From a virus (Duplodnaviria; Heunggongvirae; Uroviricota; Caudoviricetes): a DNA stretch of 5,396 nucleotides. Position numbers and translations under genes: made by a program. The notes beneath the pieces are model-generated. The model made no database searches, had not been told where the DNA came from, and saw only the letters and a program-made list of their open reading frames with translations. This document shows positions 1 through 5,279 of the stretch, piece after piece. Location of the stretch: IMG/VR virus record IMGVR_UViG_2778261244_000001; one strand, given 5' to 3'. The first letter of the stretch is position 1. The number at the start of each line of letters is the position of its first letter.

Positions 1-26
1 TAGTCTAAAAACTAGTATTAAGACTA

Positions 27-1385
27 TCACTTATTTAAGTGATACTGGTTGTCTGGAGATTCAGGGGGCCAGTCTACCGTGTATGTGCCATTTTTTCGGG
101 CAAAATATTCTTCTTTTGTGATTTCAGTGGCGCCAGCAGCCAGTGCCTTATCCAGACCAGAGAGTTTGTTTGCGCGACCGTATTTTTCTCCGTCCTTATC
201 TGCGAAGAGGAAATAGAACGGCCCCTCACGCTCTACAGATGGTTCAGCTTCCGGCGCGGTTTCATTTTTTGGGATATCAGATACCTCAGTTTCCACTGCA
301 TCAGTTTGTGTTTCTGATGACTGGAGAACATCAACAGTGCCCAGGTCTGTTTCTTCATTCTCAAACACGCCCTTTGTCGTCAGGTATTCGCAGATATATT
401 TGTTCAGTGCTACGGGATCTTTGTGAATGTCGATCGGACGCTCACGGACAAGGCCAAAAATAGTTTGGCGGTCGTAGCGAAGGGCATCAGGCTGTTTGCG
501 CATTGATGCCGAGATACGCTTCCAGTCTTCGCGGTCGTTGTCGATAACTTCTTTTTTTGCCCAGCGATGGATGCTGCCGTCAATGTTTCCGGCATCCACA
601 TCACTAGGCCAGAGAGCGTAGGCCAGTTCGTCATCCAGTGTTTTCCATGTCTGCTTGTATTCGCGATGAATGGCAGCAATGACCGGGCTGATTTTTCCTG
701 TTGAATTTTCAGTGTACTGTTGATTGGCTCTGGCGCGGGCGAGATCAACAACAGACGTGTATTTTCCGGTTTCCTTGCGTTCACCTTCGCGACGTTTTTT
801 CCAGATGCGCATCTCTGCCTGAATTTCGGGCCATTTAGCACCAGGAATACATTTATGCTTAACCCACCCAATGGCGTGCAACTTAAGCTCCGGATACATG
901 GCGTTAACTTCTGGCATTTTCATCAACGCTTCAACGATATGTCCGTCGAATGTTGCCATGTCTTCCTGCAACAATTCCTGTGCGCTAATAACCATATCAA
1001 CGGTGATGTTTTCACATGTGTCGAACTTAACCATGACAGCGTTCTGTACTTCAGGGGCCAGCTTGTCAAAAGTGACGTTCATCGGATCGGATTCAGTCTC
1101 AACCGGGACAAAAGAAGCAGACTCCTCATCCCAGCGGTTTTCCTGCATATATTCAGCATCCCATGAATCGAGGGCAGGGCGGGGTATGCCAGGTTTATCC
1201 TCGCAGACAATAAATTTATAAGCGCAGTCCTGAGCAGCCGGATAATGTTCCAGGAATTGCCAGTGAAATTTTGCTCGAGCACGGCGTTCGTCGCCAGCTT
1301 CAATGGCTGTGGCTACAGCCACAGCGCCTTCTTCCCTTGTTGCCAGTTCGTCAGGAATAGCGGCGCAAATAAAGACTTTACTCAT
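27..1385 (-). CDS. Hypothetical protein, 452 aa, strongly acidic C-terminal third; family not recognised
   Basis: Long uninterrupted ORF (track 27..1421, TTG at 1419-1421). Preferred start is ATG at 1383-1385 (MSKVFICAAIP...), preceded in mRNA sense by GAGG about 9 nt upstream. Stop TGA at 27-29. No ATPase, nuclease or methyltransferase motif recognised by eye. Confidence 0.8.
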   Translation of the reverse strand: MSKVFICAAIPDELATREEGAVAVATAIEAGDERRARAKFHWQFLEHYPAAQDCAYKFIVCEDKPGIPRPALDSWDAEYMQENRWDEESASFVPVETESDPMNVTFDKLAPEVQNAVMVKFDTCENITVDMVISAQELLQEDMATFDGHIVEALMKMPEVNAMYPELKLHAIGWVKHKCIPGAKWPEIQAEMRIWKKRREGERKETGKYTSVVDLARARANQQYTENSTGKISPVIAAIHREYKQTWKTLDDELAYALWPSDVDAGNIDGSIHRWAKKEVIDNDREDWKRISASMRKQPDALRYDRQTIFGLVRERPIDIHKDPVALNKYICEYLTTKGVFENEETDLGTVDVLQSSETQTDAVETEVSDIPKNETAPEAEPSVEREGPFYFLFADKDGEKYGRANKLSGLDKALAAGATEITKEEYFARKNGTYTVDWPPESPDNQYHLNK

Positions 1386-1477
1386 TTGTTTTAACCTCAT
1401 GACAGATTTAAGGATGAACAAATCCCTGCCATTGCTGGCATATAAGAATGAAACCGGATATTTATTACGGAACTGTT

Positions 1478-1669
1478 TTAAAGACCTGCCGGGATTTCGA
1501 TATTATCCTGGTGAATAACTTTATCGACCGGGTAACAGTTACCGGGAATTTTCTGTTCGGTTGCTGCAGTCATACACTCCTGCATTGTCCTGTGAACACT
1601 GACTGCAATATCAACTGGCTCTCCGGAAACAAGAAAAACTGTCAGAACAAGCACAAATGCTGAATTCAT
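1478..1669 (-). CDS. Small putative secreted/periplasmic protein, 63 aa (MNSAFVLVLTVFLVSG... then polar region with two Cys)
   Basis: ATG at 1667-1669 preceded by AAGGA with 8-nt spacing. Start overlaps the upstream gene's stop as ATGA (translational coupling). N-terminus is a hydrophobic signal-peptide-like stretch. Part of track ORF 1478..1723; earlier starts lack an RBS. Confidence 0.45.
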   Translation of the reverse strand: MNSAFVLVLTVFLVSGEPVDIAVSVHRTMQECMTAATEQKIPGNCYPVDKVIHQDNIEIPAGL

Positions 1670-1854
1670 TGTGCACATCCTTTTGGCATCAGACGTAAAC
1701 GAGCCAGCATTGAAACAATGCATATTTTATTTAATAGCTCCCGTTCTTGTTTTCTCTTGTTAATGGCATCTTCAGTAAATACTGGGTTACTGATAGTGAC
1801 ACCAATTTCAAAACAACCTTCAGACGTATTAACGTTTGGTAATAACGTTTTCAT
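1666..1854 (-). CDS. Small hypothetical protein, 62 aa (MKTLLPNVNTSEGCFEIGV...)
   Basis: ATG at 1852-1854 preceded by GAGGA with 7-nt spacing. Stop TGA overlaps the start of the next gene (ATGA). Charged, protein-like composition; first gene of an apparent three-gene minus-strand operon. Confidence 0.4.
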   Translation of the reverse strand: MKTLLPNVNTSEGCFEIGVTISNPVFTEDAINKRKQERELLNKICIVSMLARLRLMPKGCAQ

Positions 1855-1906
1855 TATCGCGTCCTCAACAATGAATTTTGTGATGCAGTGCCTGGTGCCT
1901 CCAGGT

Positions 1907-1933
1907 GACGTTAACCAGTTAACAATTAACGCC
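1907..1933. promoter_or_regulatory. Cluster of three TTAAC motifs (GTTAAC-N2-GTTAAC-N2-TTAACG) in the divergent intergenic region; candidate operator
   Basis: Directly visible: GTTAAC at 1910-1915 and 1918-1923, ATTAACG at 1925-1931. Lies between the minus-strand operon start (1854) and the plus-strand ORF start (1938). No protein-binding evidence. Confidence 0.2.
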
Positions 1934-1937
1934 GGAT

Positions 1938-2267
1938 ATGTGCTGTGGCAGCCGCATGTTCTGGTTCGATAAGTCTGACGAACGGGCGATATTCAGCGAT
2001 ATCAGAAAAGAAGGATACACATTACGCAATGGGAGACGCTTGATTATCAGCCCTGACATTATCGCAGATTTTCGTGCATTATCATTTGCAGACGCATCTT
2101 TTTCGATGGTTGTATTAGACCCTCCGCATCTTGAGAGTGTTGGTGATAACGCCTGGATGGGAAAGAAATATGGACGGCTGAATAAAGATGCCTGGCGTGA
2201 TGATTCGCGACAGAGATTTAAAGAAGCCTTTCGGGTGTTGAGGCCGCACGGCGTTCTGATTTTTTAA
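1938..2267 (+). pseudogene. DNA (N6-adenine/N4-cytosine-type) methyltransferase-like fragment, 109 codons, DPPH motif; probably truncated
   Basis: Translation contains ...ADASFSMVVLDPPHLESVG... (D-P-P-H at nt 2118-2129), resembling motif IV (hydrophobic run + DPP[YFW]) of amino-methyltransferases, then ...RVLRPHGVLIF. Frame ends at TAA 2265-2267 but stays open for 29 more codons (WNETQIPVSQILAL...) to TAA 2355-2357. Too short for a full enzyme; no motif I (FxGxG) seen. Confidence 0.4.
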
Positions 2268-2426
2268 TGGAATGAAACGCAAATACCGGTAAGCCAGATT
2301 CTGGCACTGACAGACAGAAAACCTGTTATCTGTCAACGAACAGGGAAAAAACGATAAAACCCACTGGATTATTTTTATGAAAGAGGCATCCAGTGAGTAG
2401 ATTCGTAAGGCTACAGATACGTATAT

Positions 2427-2444
2427 CTGAATAATTAAATTCAG
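2427..2444. promoter_or_regulatory. Inverted repeat CTGAAT-N6-ATTCAG in an AT-rich intergenic stretch; candidate operator
   Basis: Perfect 6-bp arms at 2427-2432 and 2439-2444, about 85 bp upstream of the ORF at 2530. No clear sigma70 -35/-10 pair could be assigned. Confidence 0.2.
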
Positions 2445-2500
2445 TTCTGTAAATAAAATTTAATCCTTAACCGGATGGATTTCTGCACCCTCAGAACATC

Positions 2501-2532
2501 AGGAGGCCGCCCGAAAGGGCGGTAGTGAAATG
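2501..2532 (+). promoter_or_regulatory. Structured translation-initiation region: AGGAGG, then a 6-bp all-GC stem with GAAA loop, then ATG
   Basis: AGGAGG 2501-2506; stem CCGCCC 2507-2512 / GGGCGG 2517-2522 with GAAA loop; ATG at 2530. Linear SD-ATG spacing is about 23 nt, but about 7 nt if the hairpin forms. No U-tract follows, so not an intrinsic terminator. Confidence 0.3.
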
Positions 2533-2640
2533 CGAAAGTTCAAAATTATTATTGAAACGGGAATAGCTGGTGGAGATTTTGAGGATGTATTCGAAGTGGA
2601 CGATGACGCAACACCTGAGGAAATTCATGACGGAGCATAA
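2530..2640 (+). CDS. Small acidic ORF, 36 aa (MRKFKIIIETGIAGGDFEDVFEVDDDATPEEIHDGA)
   Basis: ATG 2530, TAA 2638-2640, preceded by the SD-hairpin arrangement. Too short for compositional support; may be a remnant. Confidence 0.3.
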   Translation: MRKFKIIIETGIAGGDFEDVFEVDDDATPEEIHDGA

Positions 2641-2881
2641 GAAATTTTCTTTAACTACTGCAATTACTCATACCACGAAATAAAAGACGATGAGGAAGAA
2701 CAAAGTGGCTGATTTTTGTTCAGCTAAATATAACATCAGTTTTGAAGAGCGGGATGAACTATTAATGGACTATGGTGAGTTACGCGGTGGAAGTGCTGCT
2801 GATGTCGAATCCTAGCGTGATGACTATGAAGCGGGAAAAACTCCGGTCGAAGCATATTGTGATGAGTGGGGCGATGAATGA
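2627..2881 (+). pseudogene. Small ORF interrupted by in-frame TAA (2681-2683) and TAG (2813-2815); reading frame otherwise continuous to TGA
   Basis: ATG 2627 preceded by GAGG with 6-nt spacing. Frame reads MTEHKKFSLTTAITHTTK-TAA-KTMRKNKVADFCSAKYNISFEERDELLMDYGELRGGSAADVES-TAG-RDDYEAGKTPVEAYCDEWGDE-TGA. The last 21 codons have no start codon of their own and end in an ATGA overlap with the next gene. Confidence 0.35.
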
Positions 2882-3165
2882 GCGAGATTAATTATCAGGA
2901 AGGGCATGAAACGGCGGGGCAAGCAAAACCAGTGGCATGGCGATATCGCTACGTGAAAAAAGGCGTTACGGACTTTCAGGGGAAGTAGTGGTCTGGTGAC
3001 TGGAAATATGTACCGAAAAAAGAGGATTGTAACGACAGGCCGAACTATCAAATTCAGGCCTTATTCACTGCCTCACCAGTCCCAGTTACATCAGAAGAAC
3101 TGGTTAAAGCTGTGCACTTTTATGAACAACTAAAACGCGAAAATCCACCAACATCCGGCAACTAG
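2878..3165 (+). pseudogene. Small phage-like ORF interrupted by one in-frame amber codon (TAG 2986-2988); 36 aa + stop + 58 aa in one frame
   Basis: ATG 2878 with purine-rich GGGG 6 nt upstream, and ATGA overlap with the upstream frame. Translation MSEINYQEGHETAGQAKPVAWRYRYVKKGVTDFQGK-TAG-WSGDWKYVPKKEDCNDRPNYQIQALFTASPVPVTSEELVKAVHFYEQLKRENPPTSGN-TAG. The downstream part is protein-like; the antisense ORF looks like junk. Confidence 0.45.
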
Positions 3166-3419
3166 ATTAATGGATTAACTATGTCGGTTAAACGACCAGC
3201 CAACTGAAAAAGCGGAAACCTGATTACAGGTTGCCAGATAAGGCAATGAGCTACCTGGCGCGGAACGGACTGATAAGTATGGGGAATGTTTTACGATGAA
3301 CCTTTAGACTAAAGAGTTTGTAACGCTATGTAAGTGATTTTTTCTGGTTTAGATATTTATATGTCCGGCCAAATTGAGGTGTGTTTAAATGTAATTGCAC
3401 ATTGATTGTAGGAGGAATA

Positions 3420-3599
3420 ATGAAAAACGCATTGCAGTTTTTGTTTGTTGCGTTCTGGTTGTTCGCATCATGTATGCCCATCATCTTCACAGCAAGGTAT
3501 ATGGAAAAAGTTGATGTTTTGATATTAATATTTGGATATATAAATGCCCTTTTTTTAGGGGTGTTCATGGCGGTCATGTGCATTGAATACTGGCGGTAA
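3420..3599 (+). CDS. Small hydrophobic protein, 59 aa, two predicted transmembrane helices
   Basis: Strong RBS AGGAGG (3410-3415) 4 nt before ATG 3420; stop TAA 3597-3599. Two hydrophobic segments (ALQFLFVAFWLFASCMPIIF and VLILIFGYINALFLGVFMAVMCI) separated by a short charged loop (TARYMEKVD). Gene is visibly AT-rich compared with its flanks. Confidence 0.55.
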   Translation: MKNALQFLFVAFWLFASCMPIIFTARYMEKVDVLILIFGYINALFLGVFMAVMCIEYWR

Positions 3600-3829
3600 A
3601 TACAGCGAACTCCATTGGTTTAGTTGGATATTTACTGTGCTGGACAAAAACGGTTTGCGGGGAAATCTTAGTTAAGTAGAATGACTGCGGGTGCTTGAGG
3701 CTATCTGCCTCGGGCATGGACACCAACGGCAGATAGAGAAAAGCCCCAGTTAACATTACGCGTCCTGCAAGACGCTTAACATTAATCTGAGGCCAATTTC
3801 ATGCTAGACACATGTAGGTTAGCCTCTTA

Positions 3830-3845
3830 CGTGCCGAAAGGCACG
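3830..3845. other. Stable hairpin CGTGCC-GAAA-GGCACG (GNRA-type tetraloop), not followed by a T-tract
   Basis: Perfect 6-bp stem with GAAA loop, about 90 bp upstream of the transposase start. Same architecture as the hairpin at 2507-2522. Confidence 0.3.
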
Positions 3846-3904
3846 GAGAAGCAGGCTATTGTTAACACCAAGCTGTAATGTCCCCTTTGAACCATTCTAA
3901 AATG

Positions 3905-3936
3905 TCCCCAGACAATTCTCTGGGGGATTTTTCATG
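3905..3936 (+). promoter_or_regulatory. Hairpin that places the transposase Shine-Dalgarno (GGGGGA) in its 3' arm
   Basis: TCCCCA 3905-3910 pairs with TGGGGG 3921-3926 (5 Watson-Crick pairs plus one G-U), 10-nt loop; ATG at 3934 lies 7 nt after the stem. RBS occlusion is a known way IS elements limit transposase translation. Confidence 0.35.
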
Positions 3937-5247
3937 ATCAAAGAGACTGTTACGATGAGTCATAAGGAACTCCACCGACTTCAGATTATTCAGGAACAAG
4001 CTGCGGCACGCATTGGCATTTCTATTCGGCAGGTTAAACGTCTGGTGCAACGGTATAGAAATGAAGGGCCTTCTGGTCTGGTTTCCCACCGACGTGGAAA
4101 GCGTCCTAATAATTCCTTTTCTACTGAATTCAGAGCAACAGTAATTTCACTCCTCAAAGGCCGTTACGCTGATTTTGGACCTACGTTTGCGTGCGAAAAA
4201 TTGCGCGAGATACACGGTTTATCTTTATCCGTTGAAACTCTCAGAAAGTGGATGATAGAAGTGGGGTTATGGCGTGAACGCCGTCGTAAAATTGCCCGTA
4301 TATATCAACGCCGCATGCGACGACCATCTTACGGTGAACTGATCCAGATTGATGGCTCACCTCATGACTGGTTTGAAAATCGAGGCCCCAGATGTACACT
4401 GATCGTTTTCATTGATGATGCCACCAGTGCGTTGATGGCGTTGCGTTTTGTGCCTGCTGAAACAACCCGGGCTTACATGGAAACCCTCCGGGGTTACCTT
4501 AATGATCATGGCGTACCGCTCGCTCTCTACTCTGATAGACACAGTATATTCAGGGTAAATAACCCAGAGCGGGAAGGTGAGCTGACCCAGTTCACTCGTG
4601 CGATAAAGACACTGGGCATCGAGCCAATCCATGCCAACAGCCCGCAGGCAAAAGGGCGGGTAGAGCGCGCCAATCAGACACTACAGGACAGGCTGGTCAA
4701 AGAAATGCGGCTTCAGAATATCAGTGATATTGAAACAGCAAATGCATGGTTGCCGACCTTTATTGAAGCCTATAACAACCGGTTCGCTACGTCGCCTCGT
4801 ACTACTGATAATGCTCATCTTGATGTGCACCATTCTGAAGAGGAACTGGGTTATATCTTCAGCCTACAGGCGAAGCGCGTTCTGTCTAAAAATCTCACTT
4901 TCCAGTACAAAAGCAGTGCGTTTCAGGTACGCAGTGAGGGCCGGGGATATCGACTTAGGCATTCGGTTGTTACTGTATGCGAGAACTTTGACGGTGAAAT
5001 TAACGTTCTGTATGACGGGAAAGCGCTGGGCTGGGAAAAGTATGTTGATGGCCCGGAGCCTATACCACTGGATGATGAAAAGAGTGTCCATGAACGAGTG
5101 GATAATGCCCGTATTGATTTACGCTCAAAATACTATGTTAAACCTAAAGCTGACCATCCCTGGCTTACGCGCCGAACGCAAAGTCATCAGCAAGTTAAGC
5201 CCCCGAAGTTACCTAAAAAGAAGCCTGATCCCGATAAAAAAGATTGA
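3934..5247 (+). CDS. DDE transposase (rve/integrase-core fold), ISNCY (IS1202-group) / IS481-like, 437 aa
   Basis: Intact 1314-nt ORF. N-terminal helix-turn-helix-like region (AAARIGISIRQVKRLVQRYRNEGPSGLVSHRRGKRP). Candidate catalytic residues in IQIDGSPHDW / VFIDDATS, LALYSDRHSIF, and GRVERANQTLQDRL (the G-x-V-E-R-x-N signature of retroviral-integrase-type transposases). Basic C-terminal tail. The ATG at 3955 (MSHKELHRLQII...) is an alternative start. Confidence 0.9.
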   Translation: MIKETVTMSHKELHRLQIIQEQAAARIGISIRQVKRLVQRYRNEGPSGLVSHRRGKRPNNSFSTEFRATVISLLKGRYADFGPTFACEKLREIHGLSLSVETLRKWMIEVGLWRERRRKIARIYQRRMRRPSYGELIQIDGSPHDWFENRGPRCTLIVFIDDATSALMALRFVPAETTRAYMETLRGYLNDHGVPLALYSDRHSIFRVNNPEREGELTQFTRAIKTLGIEPIHANSPQAKGRVERANQTLQDRLVKEMRLQNISDIETANAWLPTFIEAYNNRFATSPRTTDNAHLDVHHSEEELGYIFSLQAKRVLSKNLTFQYKSSAFQVRSEGRGYRLRHSVVTVCENFDGEINVLYDGKALGWEKYVDGPEPIPLDDEKSVHERVDNARIDLRSKYYVKPKADHPWLTRRTQSHQQVKPPKLPKKKPDPDKKD

Positions 5248-5279
5248 AACCAAGATCGATTCGGTTGAGTGCATTGATC

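Noticed and set aside
27-300. GIY-YIG-like spacing (FYF...x10...YG) near the C-terminus of the 452-aa protein
   Set aside because: Only the Tyr spacing matches; the surrounding conserved Arg/Glu/Asn pattern is not evident, and the motif sits in the acidic tail rather than in a compact domain.
39-1303. Track ORFs 39..317(+), 143..463(+), 410..871(-), 720..1166(+), 871..1221(+), 1079..1303(-)
   Set aside because: All lie inside the 452-aa minus-strand gene in other frames or on the opposite strand, have no RBS and have odd composition; treated as shadow ORFs.
1303-1972. Plus-strand track ORFs 1303..1518, 1448..1663, 1718..1972 and the long alternative N-terminus of minus ORF 1478..1723
   Set aside because: They overlap the minus-strand small genes, which have good Shine-Dalgarno sequences and an ATGA coupling overlap. 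The plus-strand alternatives lack an RBS and are hydrophobic and low-complexity.
2627-2683. Thr-rich 18-codon peptide (MTEHKKFSLTTAITHTTK) resembling a biosynthetic-operon leader peptide
   Set aside because: No terminator/antiterminator pair follows it, and the context is not an amino-acid biosynthesis operon. It is more likely the N-terminal piece of the nonsense-interrupted ORF.
2265-2988. Possibility that TAA/TAG are reassigned sense codons (alternative genetic code with TGA as the only stop), prompted by four in-frame TAA/TAG codons in otherwise open frames
   Set aside because: The two long, clearly intact genes (452-aa ORF and transposase, about 890 codons together) contain no in-frame TAA or TAG, which is not expected under recoding. 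The 2-TM gene ends in TAA followed quickly by further stops. Nonsense pseudogenisation is the simpler explanation.
2400-3420. Sigma70 promoters upstream of the ORF at 2530 and the 2-TM gene at 3420
   Set aside because: The regions are AT-rich with several TATAAT-like hexamers, but no -35/-10 pair with acceptable spacing could be assigned by eye; left uncalled rather than guessed.
2115-3756. Minus-strand track ORFs 2115..2336, 2824..3051, 3326..3583, 3574..3756
   Set aside because: Antisense to the methyltransferase-like ORF, the amber-interrupted gene, and the 2-TM gene or its structured downstream region. Composition is junk-like; only 3574..3756 has a weak AGGA upstream, which is not enough to call it.
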